Source: a virus
Strand: one strand, 5' to 3'
IMG/VR virus record: IMGVR_UViG_3300029950_000012
Length of the DNA: 64,000 bases
Shown: in pieces, positions 17,105 through 25,321 of the stretch
Layout of the letters: every line of letters starts with the position of its first letter
Position numbering within the stretch: position 1 is the stretch's first letter
Program-made: the position numbers and the translations under genes
Notes under the pieces: model-generated
The model's input: only the letters and a program-made list of their open reading frames with translations
Told to the model about the DNA's origin: nothing
The model's database searches: none

Positions 17105-17782
17105 ATGAACACATTTGTAAAAGTACTACTAACAAACGAATCTCTAGAATTAGGAACCAAAGGGGCTTGGTTACAGAACAATCGCACCATTGAGATATTC
17201 CTACAGCGTCAAGGTTGCGCCCGTTCATTTTATTGCTATCACCCTGAATTTGCAATTGAGCTAATGACATGGCAAGGCACCGACCAATTTTGTTTGAAGA
17301 TGGGAAAGGTCTTTAATACTTATTATTCATTTGCTGAAGCCGTGAAAGACATTCCCGAAATACTAAAGCGCCAGGGCATTAAACGTACTGTAGTAATTAA
17401 CTCCCAAATTATGGATTATATGTATGGTATGGATATGTACCCGTATCAAAACGACGACCGTATAATCTCCCCTTTCTTTTACTGTGAATACAGCGACACA
17501 ATCCGCACCGTTAAAGAGAACTATTGTTTACTTAGTTTCGGAAATGGAAAGTTTGATAAGCGTAACTATATTGTTGATTATGCAGAAGGAGCCGCACGCC
17601 ATTTAGGCAACTTTGAAAAAGCGATCAGTACGGGCTTCCATGCTTGTGACATGAAGAAGGGGCAAAGCTACTGCAAGCGACGTTTGGCATGGTTAGCGGG
17701 TGAATACGCCATATCAGAATTTGAGGGCAACATACACTTAGCCTTTGTTAATAAAGACATGACCAGGATAAAAAGACCATGA
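17105..17782 (+). CDS. hypothetical protein (225 aa)
   Basis: ATG at 17105 sits at the canonical distance from the conserved SD box. The ORF-track start at 17075 lies inside the leader. Confidence 0.6.
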   Translation: MNTFVKVLLTNESLELGTKGAWLQNNRTIEIFLQRQGCARSFYCYHPEFAIELMTWQGTDQFCLKMGKVFNTYYSFAEAVKDIPEILKRQGIKRTVVINSQIMDYMYGMDMYPYQNDDRIISPFFYCEYSDTIRTVKENYCLLSFGNGKFDKRNYIVDYAEGAARHLGNFEKAISTGFHACDMKKGQSYCKRRLAWLAGEYAISEFEGNIHLAFVNKDMTRIKRP

Positions 17783-18189
17783 ATGACGAAATGAGAAATA
17801 AAATTAGAAGGGTCGCTGAATTAGAAATAATGGCGGACGTTGACCTGCGAGCAAAGGGCGTGCTAACTAAAGTAAGACGCCCCTTCTATCAGTCTCTATC
17901 GTCTAATTGGGAAGCAGCGAACGCTAGAAAGGAAGTAGCAAAAACAAAAAGTGACATTCTTCTTGTAATGCGCACCACAGTACAGGACTTAACAGAAGCG
18001 GACGTGAGCGAGTTAACCACCCAAGCGCTAAGAATGAATAGATACTTATTCACAGTCGCCGCCGTATTAGAACAAAACTTAAAAGTAGTAAAGATTCAGG
18101 TTAAACTATTTTACAAGTTCACCCCAAACCAATGGGAACATTATGTCAAAGCCGTTAATACACGATTTTCAAAAACTCTCACCGTCTAA
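17779..18189 (+). CDS. hypothetical protein (136 aa)
   Basis: ATGA overlap. Confidence 0.55.
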   Translation: MNDEMRNKIRRVAELEIMADVDLRAKGVLTKVRRPFYQSLSSNWEAANARKEVAKTKSDILLVMRTTVQDLTEADVSELTTQALRMNRYLFTVAAVLEQNLKVVKIQVKLFYKFTPNQWEHYVKAVNTRFSKTLTV

Positions 18190-18484
18190 AGCAAGCAACT
18201 GGCTATCATGCCCCGGAACATTAGAAATGAAACATTCAAAAAACAAGCCGCCAAAAAAGCCCGTATATTTTTTACTAGTTTTACCAAGGGGAGGAACCGG
18301 GCGGGAGATTTGCGCCTTTAGTTCTAATGCAAAACGCAACGCCTATGCAAATACACGAGGTGATAACGTACTAACAATAGTTGTCGCCCGTAAAGGCAAC
18401 ACTAACATTACACGAATGAGTAATGAAGATTTTAACGATTGGCTAGAACTAGCAGAACACTATATCGATGAAAAGTTAGGTTAA
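18143..18484 (+). CDS. hypothetical protein (113 aa) whose N-terminus resembles the DUF2800 nuclease N-terminal motif
   Basis: LSPSKASNWLSCPGT compares with IGPSAAKRWMNCTGS of the 33972 nuclease. 47-nt overlap with the upstream gene. Confidence 0.4.
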   Translation: MSKPLIHDFQKLSPSKASNWLSCPGTLEMKHSKNKPPKKPVYFLLVLPRGGTGREICAFSSNAKRNAYANTRGDNVLTIVVARKGNTNITRMSNEDFNDWLELAEHYIDEKLG

Positions 18485-18500
18485 CCAGGAGACTAGCGCC

Positions 18501-18836
18501 ATGTTGAAAATGCATATTAGCCAATTTACCCAAGTAGAAGTGACTAGAAACAATGTAAACGAAAAGTCCAAACGCGAAGTGTATCTTACAACGGCGTTAG
18601 GCTTTGAAGGTACCAACATTGAAACGCTAACAGATAAAGTTATTGAGTACTTTAATGTACCTCGTGACATGTTAAGCGTAGACCACTACCCAAACTGCGG
18701 TAAGTATTGGGTCACCTTTAGAACCTATACTAAAGCAAACGCCAACCACGTTAACGAGTGGCCCACTTACTCTAAACGGTTTACTGAGCGCGGTATCATG
18801 TTGCACAGAAACTTATTTATAGTAGTAGCAAGCTAA
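18501..18836 (+). CDS. hypothetical protein (111 aa)
   Basis: ORF in the early string. Confidence 0.5.
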   Translation: MLKMHISQFTQVEVTRNNVNEKSKREVYLTTALGFEGTNIETLTDKVIEYFNVPRDMLSVDHYPNCGKYWVTFRTYTKANANHVNEWPTYSKRFTERGIMLHRNLFIVVAS

Positions 18837-19087
18837 TGACTTGGTATAGGAAGAAAAGTCCTTACACCGTTTGGGTTCGTGTGTTTCAACCCAAGGCGGG
18901 GGGCGGGGAGTACATAGGGGGCATTTGGCGAGTACCACGAAAGATGGCTAGATCTGGAACTCTCTATGTTATCCACCATTACGAATTGCATCAAGTGTTT
19001 AAGGATGCGGACGGAATTTATATAAGGTTGATAAAACGTGAAACGAAGGAAGAACTTTGGAAGTATAAAGAACGCCCACGTAATTGA
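18836..19087 (+). CDS. hypothetical protein (83 aa)
   Basis: TAATG junction. Confidence 0.5.
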   Translation: MTWYRKKSPYTVWVRVFQPKAGGGEYIGGIWRVPRKMARSGTLYVIHHYELHQVFKDADGIYIRLIKRETKEELWKYKERPRN

Positions 19088-19346
19088 GCATTTGCTAAAT
19101 GATTACAAGGGTAAAATTGATTTACTGACTTGGCTCATTGACCATGGCAGCCCGAGATACCAATTGATAACAGTTGGTATAGTACTAAAAACAATCCGCC
19201 GTAAAATTAGTAAAGAGGTATTAGGTTATGCAGACCCATTGGAACAAACGAGGAGTCACGTTGTTCGAAGTGCTAGTAGTCATCTTCACATTGTTAATAA
19301 TAACGATAGTAGGCCATTGCGCAAACGAGGGAAGCCTAAGCAATGA
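19038..19346 (+). CDS. questionable ORF (102 aa) overlapping both neighbours
   Basis: GTG start inside the previous gene, and the 3' end overlaps the prepilin-like gene by 118 nt. If it is real, the start is probably downstream (TTG near 19092). Confidence 0.25.
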   Translation: MKRRKNFGSIKNAHVIEHLLNDYKGKIDLLTWLIDHGSPRYQLITVGIVLKTIRRKISKEVLGYADPLEQTRSHVVRSASSHLHIVNNNDSRPLRKRGKPKQ

Positions 19347-19647
19347 CGCTGTTGATAGCATGGTCTGTACTGGGCGTGGTACGTGCGCACCTATTAAGGC
19401 CATAGCTCTAGACAGCGAGCTTGTGATGGTTGCCGGTTGCCCTGATTTGCAGCTACTTAGCATCCAATTAGAGGTTAATGGCTTCTATGACACCAGCGTT
19501 GTGCTGGAAGGCTGTACAGAGATAGAAGACCCGAGCAAGGTGTTACTATTGCGTGATGATGGTTTGTTCTCACAGGTTAAATACAAGGGCAGGAAGCTAT
19601 ACATGCCTTCTGTTCACTTACCAACTGATTACCAGGGTACACCATGA
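19228..19647 (+). CDS. prepilin-type (type IV pilin / pseudopilin-like) protein
   Basis: The N-terminus MQTHWNKRG|VTLFEVLVVIFTLLIITIV fits the class III signal: a short basic leader, Gly at -1, Glu at +5, and a hydrophobic helix of about 20 aa. AAAGAGG SD lies upstream of the ATG. Confidence 0.6.
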   Translation: MQTHWNKRGVTLFEVLVVIFTLLIITIVGHCANEGSLSNDAVDSMVCTGRGTCAPIKAIALDSELVMVAGCPDLQLLSIQLEVNGFYDTSVVLEGCTEIEDPSKVLLLRDDGLFSQVKYKGRKLYMPSVHLPTDYQGTP

Positions 19648-19823
19648 CCCCGGTAATGGTGCTAGTCTCTAAAATTCTGTTAATGATGATTGTAATTTTA
19701 ATCATAGGCGGACTTATCTACGAATGGACAGTGCGAATTCTCGACAGCAGAAGAGCAAGAGCAATTAAAAAGTGGGAAGCAGAACGCCACGACCCCAGCC
19801 CAAAGGAGCAAAGAAAAAAATGA
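19644..19823 (+). CDS. hypothetical small membrane protein (59 aa, below the ORF-track cutoff)
   Basis: ATGA overlaps at both ends. One TM span (ILLMMIVILIIGGLIY) followed by a basic tail. Confidence 0.45.
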   Translation: MTPVMVLVSKILLMMIVILIIGGLIYEWTVRILDSRRARAIKKWEAERHDPSPKEQRKK

Positions 19824-20473
19824 AAGACGTTAGCAGCATTACAGAGATACTAGCAGGACTGAGAGACATTCCAGATGCAACTCTTAATATGAGTCGCCGA
19901 AACTGTCACGTTAAAGGCTTATATAGCATAGTGCTACACAAAGATGAGGATACAGGACAACTAACCCGCATGTTCATGGCAGAGCCCCGCCATACCTTGC
20001 ATATGAACCTAAACGTTATGAATAGCATGTCACTAGGCATTCACAGCCACCTTTATGACATTGACTTGATTAGGCTTGTTGGTAACCCTATTAACCTTAT
20101 ATACCAAGAGAGCGAAACGGGAATTGTCACTAGGGAATATTCTTTTGAATCCCTAGTGACAGGGGGTAGAGGTGCAAGGTATGAAAATAAGCAGAGCATT
20201 TTACGTTTGGTGGAATACGACCAATTCCGAATATCCTCCTTAAGCTCTGATATTTTACACACCATCTATGTTCCTGAAAGTCAAAGGGCGTGCTGGATTG
20301 TAAAGGAGGGGTTAAAGGTTAGTACTACAAACCGATTATTCAACAACATGGAAAACATGGAATGTATTGGGCATGAGACTTTCTTACCTCACCTCTATGT
20401 AAAAGATAACCCTTCTAATTTTATACGCAGCTTTGTTCGTGAGTTCTTCGATAGCACAAGGAATTTACACTAA
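19820..20473 (+). CDS. hypothetical protein (217 aa)
   Basis: ATGA-coupled ATG (MKDVSSITEIL...) preferred over 19772. The His-rich segment GIHSHLYD hints at a metal site, but no family was recognised. Confidence 0.55.
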   Translation: MKDVSSITEILAGLRDIPDATLNMSRRNCHVKGLYSIVLHKDEDTGQLTRMFMAEPRHTLHMNLNVMNSMSLGIHSHLYDIDLIRLVGNPINLIYQESETGIVTREYSFESLVTGGRGARYENKQSILRLVEYDQFRISSLSSDILHTIYVPESQRACWIVKEGLKVSTTNRLFNNMENMECIGHETFLPHLYVKDNPSNFIRSFVREFFDSTRNLH

Positions 20474-20667
20474 TGGGACGCCGACAAAACGACGGAAGTA
20501 ATGACTGGATTGGTATATTGATTTCAGTTGCCATACTAGGGGTGCTTTGCATAGCAACTGCCCCCGCGTATATAGAGTGCAAAACCAAAGGGGGCCGCGT
20601 TATGCAAAGTCTATTTTCCGTTGAGTGTATAAAAGATGAAAAGATAATTGAATTGGAGTTTGGATGA
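20473..20667 (+). CDS. hypothetical membrane protein (64 aa)
   Basis: TAATG junction. One TM span (WIGILISVAILGVLCIATAPAY). Confidence 0.5.
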   Translation: MGRRQNDGSNDWIGILISVAILGVLCIATAPAYIECKTKGGRVMQSLFSVECIKDEKIIELEFG

Positions 20668-21176
20668 TGGCAACCTTATATGTTTTAGCAATTATTGCAT
20701 GCTCTATTATAGCAACTGCTACTATAGTAACTTATAACATTCTGTATAACCCACCGAAGCCAAAGGTATTCTTCACTTATATAAGGGAAAACGGTGTTGC
20801 AAGGATGGGGGTAACCAATTGCCCAGAACATGCAGAGAGAAATAGAGGGAGAACAAAGCGGTATTATGACGACCTGATTGCAAACCACCCAATGCCGCCA
20901 TGCAACCCACCACGAAAACAGGTATCAGCCCCTAAAGTAGTACAAGAGTTAGTTGTTAAACTATCCCTAGATGATAGCGAAATACTAAAGTGGTTAGAAA
21001 GTGAAGAAGGCGCTAAAAGAGTTATAAAGAGTATAATACAAAGCAAGCCCCGAACAGTTGTAGACCATAGTGCGATGATGGAAAAAGCCACTGCCACAAC
21101 TAGTATGCACCAACCTACAGATGTTATGGAATGGCACAAAGAAGCGCTAAAAACCATGGAGAAAAAAGATGGATAG
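20664..21176 (+). CDS. hypothetical N-terminally anchored membrane protein (170 aa)
   Basis: ATGA overlap. N-terminal TM span LYVLAIIACSIIATATIV. Confidence 0.55.
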   Translation: MMATLYVLAIIACSIIATATIVTYNILYNPPKPKVFFTYIRENGVARMGVTNCPEHAERNRGRTKRYYDDLIANHPMPPCNPPRKQVSAPKVVQELVVKLSLDDSEILKWLESEEGAKRVIKSIIQSKPRTVVDHSAMMEKATATTSMHQPTDVMEWHKEALKTMEKKDG

Positions 21177-21438
21177 CATAGGACGTAAAAAAGAGTTTGA
21201 AGAATGGTTGGAAGGTAAGCCACAAGTAATACTTGATCTAGCAGAGAAGCTAGAGCCCTGGAATAGATACAGGGTAAAGAAGACAGGACAACACTGTCAC
21301 TTAATTTCCTATTTTGAAGATGGTACTGTTACCATTAACATCTATGGACATGACGACGAAATCAGAGACGCAATGTATAAGACGATGCCTATACATGTAT
21401 TTGGGATTAAGCCGGAAGATTTAGAAATAATAGAATAA
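21169..21438 (+). CDS. hypothetical protein (89 aa)
   Basis: ORF in the string. Confidence 0.5.
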   Translation: MDSIGRKKEFEEWLEGKPQVILDLAEKLEPWNRYRVKKTGQHCHLISYFEDGTVTINIYGHDDEIRDAMYKTMPIHVFGIKPEDLEIIE

Positions 21439-21443
21439 AAGTA

Positions 21444-21471
21444 TTGTAGTACTAAAGCAGGTGTGTATAAT
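21444..21471 (+). promoter_or_regulatory. sigma70-like promoter
   Basis: TTGTAG-16 nt-TATAAT read directly in the intergenic gap. Confidence 0.5.
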
Positions 21472-21503
21472 GTCCCTATTCCTTGAGAACACAGGACAAC
21501 ATT

Positions 21504-21632
21504 ATGAAGTCACACACAAACACTGAAAAATGTATAAAAGAAATTGAAGTTAAGATGCTTTTAGGTACAATGAACGTCCAAGCCGCACTAGCGGAATTGA
21601 GAATATTAGGGGAGTTTAGAAATGTCAGATAA
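21504..21632 (+). CDS. hypothetical small protein (42 aa)
   Basis: First ATG downstream of the promoter. Overlaps the next start by 11 nt. Confidence 0.3.
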   Translation: MKSHTNTEKCIKEIEVKMLLGTMNVQAALAELRILGEFRNVR

Positions 21633-22002
21633 CAAAGTAAGACGCCGAAGAAAAAAGAAAGTTGCTCCTAAGGTTGAAGTGGTTCTCGAAGCAGTTTCAT
21701 TAAAGAAACAAAATTCCGGCGCACCAATTCAAGAAGGCTCAATCCGCCAACGTGTTTTGAGTATGATACAAATGAACATGAGCAATGACGATATTGTTGC
21801 CATGATAAATGAACAGACACCAGAAAGTGCGTTTAACCCAAGCCAATGCACTTGGTACCGTTCACAGTTTGCAAAGTCATTAAAAGAGAATGAGCAATTG
21901 CAGGAGTGGCAGCATCCTACACAATCCGCAACTTTTAAGGAATGGCACTACAGCCTTCCATGGGATGAGATTAACGAATTTTTAATGTCTAAAGGAGAAT
22001 AG
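21622..22002 (+). CDS. hypothetical protein (126 aa)
   Basis: GGGGAG SD upstream. Basic N-terminus. Confidence 0.55.
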   Translation: MSDNKVRRRRKKKVAPKVEVVLEAVSLKKQNSGAPIQEGSIRQRVLSMIQMNMSNDDIVAMINEQTPESAFNPSQCTWYRSQFAKSLKENEQLQEWQHPTQSATFKEWHYSLPWDEINEFLMSKGE

Positions 22003-22006
22003 AGCA

Positions 22007-22567
22007 ATGTCAGAATTTGCAAAGTTTATAGAAAACCTATTTAGTAACACGCCAGAGCAAATAAAGCCAGATGCTGTACTAACCCGAGAACAACTGCTAG
22101 AAGTTTACAACCCTACTGATTTTATGCCTATTACACTAAAGCATTTGATTGAGTTAATGGTTGCAGCAGATAAGCACATGGATTTAGCTGATAAGTTTGT
22201 TATGCCCCAGCACAAGAATGACAAAGAAGGGTTAATAAAAGCAATCGGCGAAATGCGAGACTGGGCAAAGGTAACCATGGAATTCCACAGCGCAATACTA
22301 AAGGTTGATTGTGATGAAGGCATGTGGTTTAACTCTATTGCCCGTTGTATAACCATTGTTAATCTGCAAGGGATGTTTGGTAGTGCAAAACGAAACCAGG
22401 CCACTTATACAGCTTTTGCAGAACAGGCGACGGGTATCGATGATTGTAGTTGTAACTCGTGCAAATTTCGACGGGGTGAGGCCCCACTACCAAGCGGAAA
22501 AGGTCTAGAGGGCTTACTAGCCGCTTTGGACGAAGCATTAGAAAAGAAAGATGGTAGAGAACATTAA
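22007..22567 (+). CDS. hypothetical protein (186 aa)
   Basis: GGAGAA SD upstream. Confidence 0.55.
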   Translation: MSEFAKFIENLFSNTPEQIKPDAVLTREQLLEVYNPTDFMPITLKHLIELMVAADKHMDLADKFVMPQHKNDKEGLIKAIGEMRDWAKVTMEFHSAILKVDCDEGMWFNSIARCITIVNLQGMFGSAKRNQATYTAFAEQATGIDDCSCNSCKFRRGEAPLPSGKGLEGLLAALDEALEKKDGREH

Positions 22568-22607
22568 AACTGTAGTAACATAAACCCCCTTATTTGGAAA
22601 AAATATT

Positions 22608-23528
22608 ATGACGGCTAGAATCAAAATAGATATGAGCATGGAAGAGATAGTTTCTGTTATGTGTGAAGGCAACCCCGGCGGAATGTCAGCGATTATGTCT
22701 TTGTTAAAAGATACAAAAAAGATCGACCCGCAAGAATTCATGGAGGGCTTTGGACACATCTTGTTTTTAGATACCATGCAAATTTACGGCTCACATATTT
22801 ACATTTTGTGGAACGATGTTTGTAAACGTGATTCAATGGCGTTCATTGCTTTGATTCGTGCGGCACAACTTGGTTTTACTCCTGTAAGTGACATTGTTAA
22901 TCTTTCTAATAGCATTGGTGAGATTAATATGCCACACCTTATCTCACAGGTGCAAGAGCGCTTAGAAGACTTTAAAAAAGCCCATGTAGAGGCAGCGGTT
23001 GCCCACCATACAGAGCAACACCCAGACCCTTTCCTGGCTTGTCATGACGAAACAATGGAAAGGATAGGATGCAATAGAGACGGAACTAAAAAAGAGTCTG
23101 TTAACCCAGACCCTGCGGATACTGTAGACCCTGCACAGGAGTTAGACGACCCTACTCCAACACGTAGACCAAATTACCCCGGTTTGGTTTTTCTAGAGCT
23201 AGTGATGGAAGAGGAGGGGCTAAGCGAAGTGGACGCTGCTGAGAAAATGGGCGTTTCTAAACGGTTCCTTAATGCAGTACTAGAAGGCAAAGCACCAATC
23301 AATAAGTCAATGGCCCAAGCTATGGCTGACTATACTAAAACTTCTGCCGATAGCTGGTTAAACATGCAAATAGCAACTGACCGATGGGACGAAGAAAATG
23401 TTCATATCGCAATTAATGAAGCAGCGGACGACACCACTTATGCACTAGAAGCAAAATTAGATGCAGCGATAGACGCGGATGATTTTGGGTTTGAAGAACA
23501 TTCACCAAAAGAAAAGGTTGACAGCTAA
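22608..23528 (+). CDS. two-domain protein with a C-terminal HigA/XRE-type HTH domain
   Basis: The C-terminal PGLVFLELVMEEEGLSEVDAAEKMGVSKRFLNAVLEGKAPINKSMAQAMADYTKTSADSWLNMQIATDRWD follows the HigA antitoxin pattern (pG.iL.E...g.s...lA..lgvs...ln.il.Gk..it..mA..la...g.s...WlnlQ...dlw). The N-terminal ~190 aa are unassigned. Confidence 0.6.
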   Translation: MTARIKIDMSMEEIVSVMCEGNPGGMSAIMSLLKDTKKIDPQEFMEGFGHILFLDTMQIYGSHIYILWNDVCKRDSMAFIALIRAAQLGFTPVSDIVNLSNSIGEINMPHLISQVQERLEDFKKAHVEAAVAHHTEQHPDPFLACHDETMERIGCNRDGTKKESVNPDPADTVDPAQELDDPTPTRRPNYPGLVFLELVMEEEGLSEVDAAEKMGVSKRFLNAVLEGKAPINKSMAQAMADYTKTSADSWLNMQIATDRWDEENVHIAINEAADDTTYALEAKLDAAIDADDFGFEEHSPKEKVDS

Positions 23529-23546
23529 ATAGTACAGTAGTAATAT
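23518..23546 (+). promoter_or_regulatory. near-consensus sigma70 promoter upstream of terD
   Basis: TTGACA-17 nt-TAATAT read directly. It overlaps the last codons of the upstream gene. Confidence 0.65.
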
Positions 23547-23631
23547 ACACCCAGATTAGAAGAACGGTTAAGGGGAGTGACCGGATACACCCCCAATTAA
23601 ATGCAGTAACTTAAAATTAATAGGAAAAATT

Positions 23632-24219
23632 ATGGATTTTGCAATCGTACCTAAAGGCCAAAAGTTTGATTTCTCTCTTGTATCTAAGCAGACTACATTA
23701 GCTAAGCTATATGTTGGTGCTGGTTGGGACATGGCCCAAGAAGGCGCTGATGTTGATTTGGATTTGGTAGCTGTTCTGTTGACTGATGGCAAAGTAACAA
23801 ATAAAGACCATCTGATTTACTTCTCTAATCGTGTTAAGTCTCAGTCTCTTGGTGTGTTTCTCTCTGAAGACAATGTTACAGGCGAAGGTGATGGGGATGA
23901 TGAGTCTATCGTAATTGACTTTGCTAACTTACCTACCGGCGTTAACGGTATCGCTCTTGGATTAATTTGTTACACTGGCGGCATTACCTTGCCGGAAACT
24001 GTTAACACTCACCTACGTATTTGTGATGGCGATAATGAGCAGAGTGAACAGGTAGCGGATGTTGAAATCGAAGGCGCAACTGCGGGCTCTACTGTAGTAC
24101 ATGGCATGACCGTTTCAATGAACGCTGAAGGTCATTGGATAGTAGAGAATGTTGATACTTTCCATAATTGCGGAAATGGTATCGGCGCTGTACAAGGATT
24201 CGGTCAGCTATTTACTTGA
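23632..24219 (+). CDS. terD: TerD-domain stress protein
   Basis: 195 aa. GAGWD...DLDLVAVLL...SEDNVTGEGDGDDESIVIDF contains the Ca-binding GDN.TGEGDGDDE signature of TerD/TerZ/TerE proteins. Confidence 0.85.
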   Translation: MDFAIVPKGQKFDFSLVSKQTTLAKLYVGAGWDMAQEGADVDLDLVAVLLTDGKVTNKDHLIYFSNRVKSQSLGVFLSEDNVTGEGDGDDESIVIDFANLPTGVNGIALGLICYTGGITLPETVNTHLRICDGDNEQSEQVADVEIEGATAGSTVVHGMTVSMNAEGHWIVENVDTFHNCGNGIGAVQGFGQLFT

Positions 24220-24370
24220 CTGATAAGAAGACCTTCGCCAGGGGTTGCCCCCGGTGTGAGAGTTGAAGGAGGTTTCAACCCATTTGCTACGATATGGAAT
24301 GGTTTTAAAAGCTTCCTACAGTTAATACTCCACACGTTAGCGAAAGTTCTGGATTAACCATAAAAATAAA

Positions 24371-24400
24371 AAGCCCTGTTCGCACACGCAGGGCTTTTTT
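24371..24400 (+). terminator. rho-independent terminator 18 nt upstream of the terC start
   Basis: AAGCCCTG-(10 nt)-CAGGGCTT followed by TTTTTT. The RBS CAGGAG and the ATG follow immediately. Confidence 0.75.
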
Positions 24401-24417
24401 ATGTCAGGAGAAACACA

Positions 24418-25272
24418 ATGTTAGAATTAATATTTATTATCTTTGTTGCAATAATGATTACCATCGAATGGGCGTACCATCGTGAACACCCAAGTACTTT
24501 TAACTCTGCTTTAGCTTTTACCGGCGCATACATTGGCGCGGCTTTCATTTTCTCTGGTGTCGTTGCAGGGCTAAGAGGGCATGAAGCTGCTGGTATGTTC
24601 TTAATGGGCTATACGCTTGAAAAAATGCTGGCGTTCGATAACCTATTCGTATTCAGTATTATACTAACCTACTTTAAAATAGGCGCGTTAGAGAAACACA
24701 AAGCCCTACACTATGGCATTATTGGCGCTGCTGTTTTCCGTCTAATCTTCACTGTGATAGGTGTTGAGTTCATGGAGTACTTCGGCCCCACATTCGACTT
24801 AGTGTTTGCTGCAATGATTCTGTACTCGGTTTATCTAATGATGAGTGCGAGTGATGAAGACGACGCAACGAACTATGATGAATTGTGGTGGGTCATTAAT
24901 ATCAGAAAAGTATTCCCGACCATTTCTATATTCTGGCTTGTAGTAATCATTATAGAGATAAGCGACGTGTTGTTTGCCTTTGATAGTGTACCCGCCGTAA
25001 TCGCCGTCACTAAAGACCCCGCACTGATTTACTTTGCAATGATGTTTGCTATATTAGGGCTACGCCAAATGTACTTTGTAATAGACGCCATGAAAAATTA
25101 CATGCGCTACATTGATACGGCTATATATTGTATCTTGGTTTTCATCGCGATTAAGCTAGTCGCAAGTGGTTTGTTTGCCTTCCATATGAATGAGTTGTAT
25201 AGCTTAGCGATTGTTGCTACTATACTACTTATTGGGGCTACTGCTTCACTGGCAAACCCAAAAGAAAGTTAA
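24418..25272 (+). CDS. terC: TerC/Alx-family integral membrane protein
   Basis: 284 aa and multi-pass. YTLEKMLAFDNLFVF and the repeat SDVLFAFDSVPAV match the duplicated E..LS.DN.FVF core of the TerC family. Confidence 0.85.
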   Translation: MLELIFIIFVAIMITIEWAYHREHPSTFNSALAFTGAYIGAAFIFSGVVAGLRGHEAAGMFLMGYTLEKMLAFDNLFVFSIILTYFKIGALEKHKALHYGIIGAAVFRLIFTVIGVEFMEYFGPTFDLVFAAMILYSVYLMMSASDEDDATNYDELWWVINIRKVFPTISIFWLVVIIIEISDVLFAFDSVPAVIAVTKDPALIYFAMMFAILGLRQMYFVIDAMKNYMRYIDTAIYCILVFIAIKLVASGLFAFHMNELYSLAIVATILLIGATASLANPKES

Positions 25273-25279
25273 ATCATAG

Positions 25280-25308
25280 CCCTAGTGCAATTCCGCACTA
25301 GGGTTTTC
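25280..25308 (+). terminator. rho-independent terminator after terC
   Basis: CCCTAGTGC-aattcc-GCACTAGGG followed by TTTTCT. Confidence 0.7.
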
Positions 25309-25321
25309 TAGGAGAAAGGTT

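Noticed and set aside
24220-24417. yybP-ykoY (Mn) riboswitch upstream of terC.
   Set aside because: I looked for the conserved GGGGAGUAG and UUGACA...AGCAAGACC cores and did not find them. Only the generic leader-plus-terminator layout is present. It is kept as an unclassified leader finding rather than a riboswitch call.
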